NCBI RefSeq assembly: GCF_000253055.1
Contig: NC_016070.1
Coordinates: 1,380,001 to 1,412,000 of the forward strand
Direction of reading: 5' to 3'
DNA length: 32,000 nt
Source of the DNA: Thermoproteus tenax Kra 1
GTDB taxonomy: Archaea; Thermoproteota; Thermoprotei; Thermoproteales; Thermoproteaceae
Under the pieces are notes generated by a model. That model was not told the DNA's origin. It was given only the letters and a program-made list of their open reading frames with translations, and ran no database searches. A program made the translations under genes and the position numbers. This document shows, in pieces, positions 7,420 through 16,312 of the stretch; within the stretch, counting starts at the first letter, position 1, and every line of letters starts with the position of its first letter.

Positions 7420-10252
7420 CATACCTCTTGACCACCAGCCCCCTTTGAGACAGCAACTCAAGATATCTCAGAATTACGTTTTTGTCTTGTGACGTCTCCT
7501 CGGCCAATCTATCTATATCTAGCTCAGTCCCTGGGCCCTTGGAGGCCACGGCCCAAAGGACTTGGTAGGGCACGCCAAGCTCTTCGGCCTTTAGCTTAAG
7601 TGTGCCCTCTATATCTGAGCTCGCAAGGCCCAGACGGCTTCTTATCCAACTAGCTGCGTTATCTCTCAACCTCGCAGCGTTCTTAAAGGCCTCGTATTTC
7701 TCTCTGGCCCGCGACGAGTAGATTCTCAATAGCGCCAAGTATTCCTCCAACCAAGGTTCAGGCAAATTCAACAAGAGCTCTAGGTCTGTCTCGACAGATA
7801 TGTTATCGCCTAACTCGGAGACTATGGGGCGCAGTGAGGTCCATATTGAGCGGATTTCGTCGACCTTAGCGACTACATCGGTTTCTCTTTTGAGAACGCT
7901 CTCGTCTAACGCCATGAACTTGATCCGTTGGGGCAACCTCTCCGCAATCTTCTCGAGCTGTTCTGCTAGCTCTTTTTTCCTCTGCGCCTCTCGCTCCAGT
8001 TCCTCCCTTATTTCCGCTGCCTTCTCTTGTATTTCCAGCAGAGTCCTCTTCAGCTCTATCACCAGCTTGGCATAGTCCTCTCTGTTTCTGAAGTCTCTGT
8101 TGCGTATCTCTATTTCTATTCTCCTGACGACTTTAATGTCGCCGAATATTTTGCTTTTAACGGAGACAGATATCTCGGCATTCTTTCTTATCTGGCCGTA
8201 GAGCTCGTCGAGGTATTTGGATGACGCCTCGGGCGTGAACCGCATGTAAGTCCTCTCGCCCCTAGGCACAAGAAGGCCGACGTACACCATCAAGGCAATT
8301 AAGTCGTCCTCGCGTATGTCCCTCCACAGGTTGACCGGGAATAGCCTTGTTATCAACGATTTCAACTCCCTTTCGTGGATAACGTCTCCGATCTTCCTCA
8401 GAAGGATCTCCGTTATTGTCCCGAAGGAGGCCATTCCCTCGGGCGTCTCGCCCGAGATTATCTGCTCAGCCGCCTTTAGCAGAGAGAGCTCCTTTTTCTC
8501 CTTCCCTCTCCTTAAGGCCAGAGTATACTTCAGCACGTGTTCGCGCAACTTCTCGCGGGAAAGCTTGGCGTTCTCCACGAACTCCAACGGCTCGGGCTCC
8601 TTCTGCAGAAGCTTATTAATATAATATTTTATTATCTTATTTTTTATTTTATCTAATTTATCTGCTCCATAAATAGATATATACATAAATTCGTTAGAGC
8701 TATCTAAGTATGAATTTTTCCAACTTAATTTCAATACCGGCCCGATGGATCTCTCGATCTCCTCTGACAAGAGTACCGGCGAGAATATAAACCCAAGCAG
8801 ATAGTCTATTGGATAGCTTTCAATAGAGCCTTCCATTATTATCTTATTTAATTTATCTTTAAGATTTGATAATGATTCCTCATTATCTATATAAGCTATA
8901 ATGAATAATTCTCTAAATCCGAGAGTATTTATCCATACGGCCTTTCCGCAACATAGCTTGAACTTAATGCCGTTGAGCCCCAATAGGTTTTCCAGTTCAT
9001 CTATCAACTGCGATGGATCTTGTAGGCGTCGAATCAGATCCTCCTTTACCTTTATCAGATCGCTTCCTTCGTCAATCCTCTTGCCTAGCTCGTCGGCTAC
9101 TAGATAGCCCTCGTCGAATAGATAGTCGCTGAGCTCTTCTACTATTTTGTCAGAAAATAGATATACCACTAAGTCTCCTTGTTCTAACGTTGTATAATAG
9201 AGATAGGGCTCATATGATACAGACCTCTCGTCCATCAGATCTATCCTTATTCCTCTCATCTCCAATAGCTCTTTAACTATATTCATACCCTCTTTATCCG
9301 AAAATCTTATTTTATATATGTATACTTTTTTAAATAAATCTTTAAATTTCTCAGACACATTCTTGACAGGTATCCCCGATGTGGCGTACTCGGCGATCTC
9401 TCTATGGGGGATCTCTAGACCTTCCTCAATGATTATGTCGGCTACGCCGCCGCCTTTCATTTTGAGCTCGTACAGCCTGGCAGTTAGCTTGAGAAGCGAT
9501 CTAGGGCTCACCTCTCTCTTCTTCATGGCTATGTGATACAATGCTGCTAGCTCGTGGAGAGCAAAGGGGCCAAGCTCCTTTTCCGAACCGGCGGAATAGG
9601 CTTGTATCCTAGACTTGACGATCTCTACATAGAGCCAGAACGGAAATCTGGTGTCTATCTGGATCTCTCTATAGACTCTGCCCGTTGTTATATCGAATAC
9701 GTCCGGTATTATATTCTTTAGTATTGTATAGTAAACTTGGGGAGTTAGTGCCGCTATTATCAAAACTTGGTCGTAATCTTCAGGGTTTTTCAATACGTGG
9801 GGATAGTTCTTCGGCTCCAACAGAGCTCTCACAACGGAGGCTAGATCCATGACCGCCCTCCTGAACTCCTCGTAGGATAGGGCGCCGAGCTTGTGCACTG
9901 CGGCGAGGCGCGATAGCTCATCAGCCTCGTCTATGAGAACGATGAGGGGTTCGCCGGCTTTTTTTCCTCCGAGGCTCTGGAGAGCTTCCTCACGAAAGGC
10001 GCCAGTGAGCGCCAACCTCACCACCTTTAGCCCTCTCCTTTGCGCCTCCTCGTACACTTCGTCGAGGAACTCGCTCTTACCATAGCCGTAAGGAGCTACG
10101 ACGACTGAGAGAATATTGTTCTTGGTCTTTGTTACAAGATCCAACAGTTCTATGACTTGTTTCAACTCTTTTTCGAATCCTACAGCACGGTGTAGCCTGT
10201 GGACGTGAGTGACCCCCGATGGATGGAACGGAAGATCCAGAATATTATACAT
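7412..10252 (-). CDS. large AAA+/P-loop ATPase with central coiled coil and C-terminal winged-helix-like domain
   Basis: Walker A VVAPYGYGKSEF, Walker B LIVLIDEADEL, sensor-like LIIAALTP and SPRSLLKLTARLYE; coiled coil ELKRTLLEIQEKAAEIREELEREAQRKKEL; C-terminal ELDIDRLAEETSQDKNVILRYLELLSQRGLVVKRYVS. Confidence 0.85.
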   Translation of the reverse strand: MYNILDLPFHPSGVTHVHRLHRAVGFEKELKQVIELLDLVTKTKNNILSVVVAPYGYGKSEFLDEVYEEAQRRGLKVVRLALTGAFREEALQSLGGKKAGEPLIVLIDEADELSRLAAVHKLGALSYEEFRRAVMDLASVVRALLEPKNYPHVLKNPEDYDQVLIIAALTPQVYYTILKNIIPDVFDITTGRVYREIQIDTRFPFWLYVEIVKSRIQAYSAGSEKELGPFALHELAALYHIAMKKREVSPRSLLKLTARLYELKMKGGGVADIIIEEGLEIPHREIAEYATSGIPVKNVSEKFKDLFKKVYIYKIRFSDKEGMNIVKELLEMRGIRIDLMDERSVSYEPYLYYTTLEQGDLVVYLFSDKIVEELSDYLFDEGYLVADELGKRIDEGSDLIKVKEDLIRRLQDPSQLIDELENLLGLNGIKFKLCCGKAVWINTLGFRELFIIAYIDNEESLSNLKDKLNKIIMEGSIESYPIDYLLGFIFSPVLLSEEIERSIGPVLKLSWKNSYLDSSNEFMYISIYGADKLDKIKNKIIKYYINKLLQKEPEPLEFVENAKLSREKLREHVLKYTLALRRGKEKKELSLLKAAEQIISGETPEGMASFGTITEILLRKIGDVIHERELKSLITRLFPVNLWRDIREDDLIALMVYVGLLVPRGERTYMRFTPEASSKYLDELYGQIRKNAEISVSVKSKIFGDIKVVRRIEIEIRNRDFRNREDYAKLVIELKRTLLEIQEKAAEIREELEREAQRKKELAEQLEKIAERLPQRIKFMALDESVLKRETDVVAKVDEIRSIWTSLRPIVSELGDNISVETDLELLLNLPEPWLEEYLALLRIYSSRAREKYEAFKNAARLRDNAASWIRSRLGLASSDIEGTLKLKAEELGVPYQVLWAVASKGPGTELDIDRLAEETSQDKNVILRYLELLSQRGLVVKRYVS

Positions 10253-10284
10253 GCTTGAGGTATCCCGATCGACAATATATAGTC

Positions 10285-10299
10285 TGTAAACAATTTACA
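10285..10299. promoter_or_regulatory. perfect palindrome TGTAAA-CAA-TTTACA directly upstream of TATA box of ATPase operon
   Basis: Seen directly; minus-strand TATATAT box at ~10274-10281 and ATPase ATG at 10252 (leaderless spacing). Confidence 0.5.
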
Positions 10300-10300
10300 A

Positions 10301-10440
10301 CCGAAAGCCTCGCCCTTCGGGGCGGGGATGGGTTCTGCGATTTTTTAATCGCTCCAGCCGCGCGCACATAACCCCAAGGAGGGGCAACGGGCGAGGCCCC
10401 CCACAGTGGAGGCCCAGCCCTTTAGGGCGGGGAGCGCGGT
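10301..10440. mobile_element. hairpin cluster resembling IS200/IS605-type ends (MITE/PATE-like remnant or structured RNA)
   Basis: CTCGCCC-TTCG-GGGCGGG hairpin (10309-10326), GCGATT-TTTT-AATCGC hairpin (10337-10352), GCCC-TTTA-GGGC hairpin followed by GGGG (~10417-10431); no transposase ORF. Confidence 0.35.
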
Positions 10441-10477
10441 CATAAATGGTAAAAACCCTACTCTCCCTCCGTAGTCC

Positions 10478-10951
10478 GTGGCTATACAGCGATGTACTAG
10501 CGATTACCTTAAGGGAGTTTACGATGTAGAGTTGGAGTCCTTCAATCAATACGATGTATATAGCCTTGAATTACTTAAGTTTTTATGCTCATTTTGTGGA
10601 GATTATTCGTATGTCTTTATTGATAATAATGAAATATTAGGATATATTATTACATGTAAAGATGACGATTCTGCACATATTATCTCCATCGCAGTCAAGA
10701 GGAAGGCAAGACGGAGGGGCATAGGAAGCGCGCTACTTTGTACTGCCTTGAGGCTACTTGAAAGAGGAGAGGTAAAGAAGGTATATTTAGAGGTACGCGT
10801 GAGCAACTCCGACGCTATAAGGCTCTATGAAAAAGCTGGATTTAAGATCGTCGAAACACTGGAGGGCTACTACGGCGATGGTGAGGCGGGATATAGGATG
10901 GAGATAACAGATAGAAAGATAGCAAAAGAATTTTGTAAAAATTATAAATAA
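10478..10951 (+). CDS. GNAT-family N-acetyltransferase (RimI/ARD1-like)
   Basis: IISIAVKRKARRRGIGSALLCTALR acetyl-CoA motif A; YLEVRVSNSDAIRLYEKAGFKIVE motif B; GTG start. Confidence 0.88.
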   Translation: MAIQRCTSDYLKGVYDVELESFNQYDVYSLELLKFLCSFCGDYSYVFIDNNEILGYIITCKDDDSAHIISIAVKRKARRRGIGSALLCTALRLLERGEVKKVYLEVRVSNSDAIRLYEKAGFKIVETLEGYYGDGEAGYRMEITDRKIAKEFCKNYK

Positions 10952-11098
10952 TTTATTTTCTTACTATAATATTTCTTAATTGAAATAATAAATATTTTTA
11001 TTTTGTTATTACTATATAGTATCTTTATGTAATCTTCCAGTGATATATCGCCTGAAATATACAATTTATCCAACAAGTTCACGCATTTCTAGTCGCCT

Positions 11099-11138
11099 AA
11101 AAACACCTTCTATGCTCTATAGTGTAGAGGGTGTTTTT
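11099..11138. promoter_or_regulatory. 17-bp-stem inverted repeat (AAAAACACCTTCTATGC-TCTATA-GTGTAGAGGGTGTTTTT) overlapping TATA box of ParA-like gene
   Basis: Seen directly; outer 9 bp perfect, inner positions include G-T pairs. Confidence 0.7.
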
Positions 11139-11153
11139 AACCCACATAGGAAG

Positions 11154-11704
11154 ATGTGGACATCTGCGTGGCCTCTGGAGCAAAGGGGGGCACCGGCAAA
11201 ACGACCTTTAGCTTCATACTAGGCCACATATTAAACTATTTATATAAAGACAATATTATACTTATAAATCTATCAAAAATACCATATAATATAAAAACAG
11301 ATTTATATATATCTACTGATATTAATGAGGGAGGTTCCCTCAGAGTCCTCGACTTCCCTGCCTTTCAGATGTCCGACAGATACCTATTGAGCCTATATCT
11401 CTCCTGTAAAAACATGGTTTTTGTAGTTGATGAAGATCCCTACACGGCTGAAATAGCCGAGGCCTTTCTTCGCCTTTTAAATAATAAAAATATTGCAATA
11501 ATTATTAATATGATCATAGGTAAACCTTCTATAAAATATTTAATAAAATATAGAAAAATATCAAATATATATTTAGTACCATACGATGAAAATATAAGAA
11601 TATATAGGACAGAGGGTCTTGATCCCATAAGGGTCAGAAGCCCAGGGGTCGCCAAAATGATCAGGGCGGCCGTCGACATTGCAAGAAGATTAAATAGCTC
11701 ATAA
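11154..11704 (+). CDS. ParA/MinD-family P-loop ATPase
   Basis: Deviant Walker A SGAKGGTGKTTFSFILG; LRVLDFPAF; VFVVDEDPYTAEIAEAF. Start is GTG 11156 in the supplied track; ATG at 11154 is out of frame, so the in-frame GTG 11156 is the probable start. Confidence 0.8.
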
Positions 11705-11716
11705 CAGCAGTGACAC

Positions 11717-12520
11717 GTGAGAGGTCTTGTTGTTAAGATAGGGCGGGAGAGGATCCTCTTAGTTGCTGATACTCACGTGGGCTACGAGGTTGAATTAAGG
11801 CTTAACGGAATATATGCAACTAGCCAGACGGCGCGACTAAGGAAAAACTTAATAGAGTGGGGCGAGGAGGTAGGCGCGAACACGCTGGCTATTTTGGGCG
11901 ATATTAAACACGAGCTGCCAGTGCCCCGCGAGACCGCCAGTGAGGTTAGAGAGTTTCTGAAGGATCTGTCTAAGAGCTTCGAAAGAGTGATCCTAATACC
12001 GGGCAATCATGATTCAATGATAGATGAGATAGCTGATGGCATCCAGGGGGTTTACGTGGCCGACAGCAGGGGAGTTCTCCTAGAGGGCCCGCGCAACGTG
12101 CTCCTCCTGCATGGACACGCTAAACCGCGCCCTGAGGACCTAGCGGCGTCGGACGTATTGGTTATGGGACACACTCACCCCGCTCTGTCTATTGTCGACG
12201 AAATAGGATACATCTCTAGAGAGCCTGTTATTCTCAAAATAACCCAGAACAAGGGCGAGCTTTTCAGGAGGATGTTCGGCGGTGAGGCCGAGGGCGGCTA
12301 TATAAAGGTCGTGGTACTGCCGGCCTCACACCCTCTCATAACGGGCTATGATATCATTAATTTAATCCAGCTAAATAACGATGAAAGAACTATTATGAAA
12401 TATATGAATTTAGATTATAGATCAATTGAGGTATATTTAACTGATTTTACATTTCTAGGAACGTTAGATGTTGTAGCGGAGTCTAAAGAGGAGAGTCGGC
12501 TTGAGATGGTGACATCATAG
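11717..12520 (+). CDS. metallophosphoesterase, COG1407/MJ0037-like
   Basis: LLVADTHVG, AILGDIKH, LIPGNHDSM, LLLHGHAKP, VMGHTHP motifs. Confidence 0.9.
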   Translation: MRGLVVKIGRERILLVADTHVGYEVELRLNGIYATSQTARLRKNLIEWGEEVGANTLAILGDIKHELPVPRETASEVREFLKDLSKSFERVILIPGNHDSMIDEIADGIQGVYVADSRGVLLEGPRNVLLLHGHAKPRPEDLAASDVLVMGHTHPALSIVDEIGYISREPVILKITQNKGELFRRMFGGEAEGGYIKVVVLPASHPLITGYDIINLIQLNNDERTIMKYMNLDYRSIEVYLTDFTFLGTLDVVAESKEESRLEMVTS

Positions 12521-12521
12521 C

Positions 12522-13835
12522 TCAGGCGCTGCCCGCTCCCCTCATCGTATCTCCAAGTTCATCGCTTGGATATAAATATTTCAGAAGCTGGCTCACTCTT
12601 TCAATTTCTTCGAAGTTCTCATTGAGCCTTATAAGGCCTAACCTTATGCAGGAAGCCCTTGACATAGCTCTCTCGGTCTTAGACGACGTGTAAATGACTG
12701 CCTTCTTTCTGTCATAGTATATCTTCTTCAGGACCCCTAGGCCGAGGAGGAAACCCTCAGAGTCCTCAATGCCGATTAACAGTCCTCTTTCGAATCCCTC
12801 GGGCAGTCCGACCACTTTAAATGCGCCTATTCTTCTTGAGATCCATTGGTCGGTGATTATGTAGAGTGTCGAGCCCGCTTGGTTTGCGTAGGTGATATGA
12901 GAGTTCACGATGCGCGACGCCATGGCTCTGAGCTCGCTCCCCAGATCTACTCCTCGAAATAGGCCCAGCCCGCATAGTGGTAACTTGTCCAGGTCGATGG
13001 AGAGCTCCCTGAGGGGAAAGATGAATCTGGCATAGCTCATCTCTCTGTGGATCTTTCTATCTTCCTTCGTGCGTAGCCGGGCAGCCGGAGGCGGTCTCAC
13101 AATGGTCACGTTGGAATAGCCCTTGATTATCTCATCGAGCTCGTTTTCTATCTTTATTGCTACTATGTTGTTGGGTCTCAGCTCTGTTAACAAGGATCTC
13201 TTATACTCTATGGCCTCTCTCCCGTTTATCCACCCGTCTGTATTCACAATGATCGCGTCCACTGACCACGTCCTTCTGGCATAAGCAATTAGCCTCTTGA
13301 CGGCCTCTACGGCGCGCGGCCAGATCCTCTCAAGGCTCGTCGACTGCATAAATACAGACTTCTCGGCCTGCACTTGTCTGAGACTTGTAATCGGGCGCGT
13401 TACTCTGCTTATCGATATGGTGGTGGGAGGGCCAATGTCGTTCTGACCCACATCTGCGTCGATGACGGCCACCCTCAAGCCGTTCAACAGCGCCTTGTTG
13501 GCCAAAACTGCAGTCATGGTGGACTTCCCAACGTCTATTGATCCTATAACTATTGACGTGCCGCTTAAGGCCAGCTTGGAGATAGCGCCTTCCCACTCGT
13601 CCAACACCTCTTCGCCTGGCTTTGCCAGCTCCAAAACTGCGTTCGGCCCCAACGTCACGCTGACCTTGGCCCTCTCTATCGCCTTGAAGGCCAACTTTCT
13701 AGCCCTTAGGACGGTGAAGTGGCTACCGCCCGAATATATCGCGCCCACCGCGTACACCGAGCCCTCCATGACGTCTATTCTGGCCGGTCCCTCAACGCGA
13801 TATATCTGGCCAGGCTCCAGAAGGTAAATCTTCAC
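12522..13835 (-). CDS. polyribonucleotide 5'-hydroxyl kinase, Clp1/Grc3 family
   Basis: SIVIGSIDVGKSTMTAVLAN P-loop, VAVIDADVGQNDIGPPTTIS, VNTDGWINGREAIEYK motifs. Confidence 0.88.
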   Translation of the reverse strand: MKIYLLEPGQIYRVEGPARIDVMEGSVYAVGAIYSGGSHFTVLRARKLAFKAIERAKVSVTLGPNAVLELAKPGEEVLDEWEGAISKLALSGTSIVIGSIDVGKSTMTAVLANKALLNGLRVAVIDADVGQNDIGPPTTISISRVTRPITSLRQVQAEKSVFMQSTSLERIWPRAVEAVKRLIAYARRTWSVDAIIVNTDGWINGREAIEYKRSLLTELRPNNIVAIKIENELDEIIKGYSNVTIVRPPPAARLRTKEDRKIHREMSYARFIFPLRELSIDLDKLPLCGLGLFRGVDLGSELRAMASRIVNSHITYANQAGSTLYIITDQWISRRIGAFKVVGLPEGFERGLLIGIEDSEGFLLGLGVLKKIYYDRKKAVIYTSSKTERAMSRASCIRLGLIRLNENFEEIERVSQLLKYLYPSDELGDTMRGAGSA

Positions 13836-13970
13836 AGAAGCTTATAACATCAGCTTTTTTAGCTTTGGGTCGTCCCCGCCTTCATCCTTTAAGGCTGGGG
13901 TAATAGGTGGTAATCAGCCCCAGTGTTTTTATTTCGATGGAACAACAAAAACGTGGAGTGTTATGCAACA

Positions 13971-15002
13971 ATGCAGGAGATAGCTTGTCTATTTCCCTAC
14001 CTTGATAAATCGGGCGAATATCTCTTCGCGCGGGGCATAACCTTGGAAAGTGCACTCAACTCCGACCACATAGTTAAAAGAGCTATCGACATAGTCGAGG
14101 AATCCCTTAAGAGGATGAAGAATAGGCCCTGTGTCGACGAGCCCGAGGTCGAGGCCGCCGCGTCTAGACTGGCTTTATACATAATTACAGGAGCCTCCAA
14201 TATATACCTATTGAGGCGTTTCGCAGATAGCCAAAGTAAGATGTTCACCTATAGGCTGAGGAATACGCCGGGAATTCAATCGTATGAATGCAAGGCAGAG
14301 ATAGCGTCAGACCTAGGGCTCAGTGTCGCCATGGCCCGCAACGTTGTCAAAGGCTCTCTTTTGGCGGCGACATACCCCATAGCGATCAGATGGCGCGACT
14401 ACATCAGATATGCGCCCCAAGATCCAGACTGGGCTATGATAAACAGACCTGTAGTAAGCGGATGGGTATTACTAGACGTCAACGACTTCGAAAGAGTTCT
14501 TGAAGACGCCTATGAGGCGAAGATACTCAAGATGGCCTCGAGGGAGGACGTTGGATATATTGTCGGCCTTCTCTCGAAGGTGGAACCTATATATCGTGAG
14601 ATTGCCAAGCTCAGATCGCTGAGACCTGTCACCATCAGAGCTGAAGGGCGCGGGGAAGATCCCCCGTGCATGCGGGCCATAATTGAGTCAATTAGGAAGG
14701 GCGAGAACGCGCCTCACACTGCCCGCTTTGCAATAACGACGTATCTCTTGAGGAGGGGGTGGGATGTGGAGCAGATAGTAGATCTGTTCCGTTCGTCGCC
14801 AGATTTTAATGAGAAGATCACAAGATATCAAGTGCAACACATAGCGGGGCAAGTCGGCGGGAGGAAGGAGTACTCAGTGCCCAGCTGCGAGACGATGAAC
14901 TCGTGGGGGCTTTGTCCTACAAACCTAGGATGTGGAGTCAAGAACCCCGTGCAGTATGGCAGAAGAGCTAGTAGAGCTACTGAGGCGAGTAGGCCTCAGT
15001 AG
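13971..15002 (+). CDS. priL: DNA primase large subunit PriL
   Basis: C-terminal Fe-S cysteine pattern PPCMRAII...SCETMNSWGLCPTNLGCGVKNPVQYGRR; start most likely ATG 13971 (MQEIACLFPYLDKSGEY). Confidence 0.85.
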   Translation: MQEIACLFPYLDKSGEYLFARGITLESALNSDHIVKRAIDIVEESLKRMKNRPCVDEPEVEAAASRLALYIITGASNIYLLRRFADSQSKMFTYRLRNTPGIQSYECKAEIASDLGLSVAMARNVVKGSLLAATYPIAIRWRDYIRYAPQDPDWAMINRPVVSGWVLLDVNDFERVLEDAYEAKILKMASREDVGYIVGLLSKVEPIYREIAKLRSLRPVTIRAEGRGEDPPCMRAIIESIRKGENAPHTARFAITTYLLRRGWDVEQIVDLFRSSPDFNEKITRYQVQHIAGQVGGRKEYSVPSCETMNSWGLCPTNLGCGVKNPVQYGRRASRATEASRPQ

Positions 15003-15696
15003 GATACTCGCCATAGAGAAGAGAGATCCTCAATATTTGGCGGTCTGTAGAGTCTGTGAGAACAGAGGAGCGGATGAGACCGCTAGACTAGTCATGCTTA
15101 ACGCCTTGATCAGCTACAGGCTTACAGGCAAGGGCGAGGAGCATTGGATGTACTTCGCTGACTTCTTCTCAACGCGACGTAATATCGATATATGTAAAGA
15201 ATTTTTTGAATATCTATCCAAAAGTCCCTATCTAATACTCAATAGGAATGCAAGAATGAGCAGAGTGAGAAAAGCTTGTGGAATAAAGCCCGATATAGAC
15301 GACTTAATCAAAACATGGAACAAACTGGCTCTGACGTTAGACGTAGACCCCAACTCAAAGACCGTCGTATTCGCGTTGAAAATGCTCAACTACGTCTATA
15401 TGTGCTGTAGAGGAGTAGATAGGCCTGTCCCCTTTGAGATCCCCATCCCCGTCGACTACAGAGTAGCCCGCATGACCTCTTGTCTCGGTTTGATAGCGAT
15501 GACTCCCGAGGAGGCCATGAGAAGATACAGAGAGATACAAACTGTCTGGAGGCGTATTGCTGAGGCCAGCGGGATACCTCCTTTGCATATAGATACCCTG
15601 CTCTGGCTGGCCGCGCGGGCGGTGCTCTACAGCGATACAGAAAATGAAGTCCCTAGAGAGCTAGTGGAGTTTTTCAAGAGATTTTGCAAGGGCTAG
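14956..15696 (+). CDS. archaeal GO glycosylase (8-oxoguanine DNA glycosylase/lyase, AGOG)
   Basis: MAEELVELLRRVGLSRILAIEKRDPQYLAVCRVC; NSKTVVFALKMLNYVYMC; PFEIPIPVDYRVARMTSCLG, matching AGOG catalytic Lys/Asp regions. Confidence 0.88.
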   Translation: MAEELVELLRRVGLSRILAIEKRDPQYLAVCRVCENRGADETARLVMLNALISYRLTGKGEEHWMYFADFFSTRRNIDICKEFFEYLSKSPYLILNRNARMSRVRKACGIKPDIDDLIKTWNKLALTLDVDPNSKTVVFALKMLNYVYMCCRGVDRPVPFEIPIPVDYRVARMTSCLGLIAMTPEEAMRRYREIQTVWRRIAEASGIPPLHIDTLLWLAARAVLYSDTENEVPRELVEFFKRFCKG

Positions 15697-15966
15697 AGTC
15701 CTCCTCTCTATGTCGCTAAGACTCCTCTTTACATCTAGTGTTTTTATCAGAACCACGTAGTCCCCTTCCACTCTCAAGTAGGACGCCTCGGCGAGTTTCT
15801 TAACGATCTCATTGGCGGCGTCTTTACCCAGCCAAAACTCGGCGATTCTGTAAGTGTGCCAGTACTTCGCCTTGACTCTGCCGCCTCTCAGGGCCAGCTC
15901 TTCCAGGAAGTATATCGCCATCTCCGACAGCAGTCTCCTCCTATCTGCAAGGCTCATAGCGTCCAT
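15661..15966 (-). CDS. hypothetical protein, possibly winged-helix-like
   Basis: 101-aa ORF with RGGRVKAKYWHTYRIAEFWLGKDAANEIVKKLAEASYLRVEGDYVVL pattern. Confidence 0.6.
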   Translation of the reverse strand: MDAMSLADRRRLLSEMAIYFLEELALRGGRVKAKYWHTYRIAEFWLGKDAANEIVKKLAEASYLRVEGDYVVLIKTLDVKRSLSDIERRTLALAKSLEKLH

Positions 15967-16312
15967 CCGATAAGTCTATTTCAATGCAGTCATCCTGGAC
16001 CTCTCCTTGAAACAACGGCACTCCGGCCAGGACGGCCGCCGTCACTAACATGAGATCCACCGACTTGGCCACTATGGCCAGAGGCGCCTTGCCCTTAAGC
16101 GCCGCATGCCATAGAACATAAGGCCCTACAGTCGATCCTCTTACGTACGGGACCACAAGTATCTTGCCCGACACGGATCTACCAGCGACCTCGCCCGTCT
16201 CTGGGTTTAAATCTCCCAGAAACGATATGGGGCCCATCCTTATCACTTGGGCCTTGATGAGGCCCTTGCCTCTCACTAGGGGCTTAAGAGTAGGCATAGT
16301 TGATGCACTCAA
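15941..16312 (-). CDS. aconitase X swivel domain (DUF126), phosphomevalonate dehydratase small subunit
   Basis: VAGRSVSGKILVVPYVRGSTVGPYVLWHAALKGKAPLAIV; directly upstream of aconitase X large subunit. Confidence 0.88.
   Translation of the reverse strand: MSASTMPTLKPLVRGKGLIKAQVIRMGPISFLGDLNPETGEVAGRSVSGKILVVPYVRGSTVGPYVLWHAALKGKAPLAIVAKSVDLMLVTAAVLAGVPLFQGEVQDDCIEIDLSDGRYEPCR

Noticed and set aside
7412-10252. Assigning the large ATPase as HerA or Rad50
   Set aside because: It has a single N-terminal P-loop followed by AAA+-like features and a C-terminal winged helix; no HerA HAS-barrel or Rad50 zinc hook (CxxC in coiled coil) was visible.
10295-10549. 84-aa minus-strand ORF over the hairpin cluster
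   Set aside because: Low-complexity Arg/Pro/Leu product explained by GC-rich hairpins; not protein-like.
11040-11222. 60-aa plus-strand ORF across the palindrome
   Set aside because: Overlaps the ParA promoter and start in another frame; not protein-like.
13462-13827. 121-aa plus-strand ORF and other long ORFs antisense to clear genes (e.g. 20108-20644, 17316-17777, 16164-16475)
   Set aside because: They are antisense readings of well-supported genes (Clp1-type kinase, endA/glyS, UbiD, aconitase X) and lack recognisable domains.
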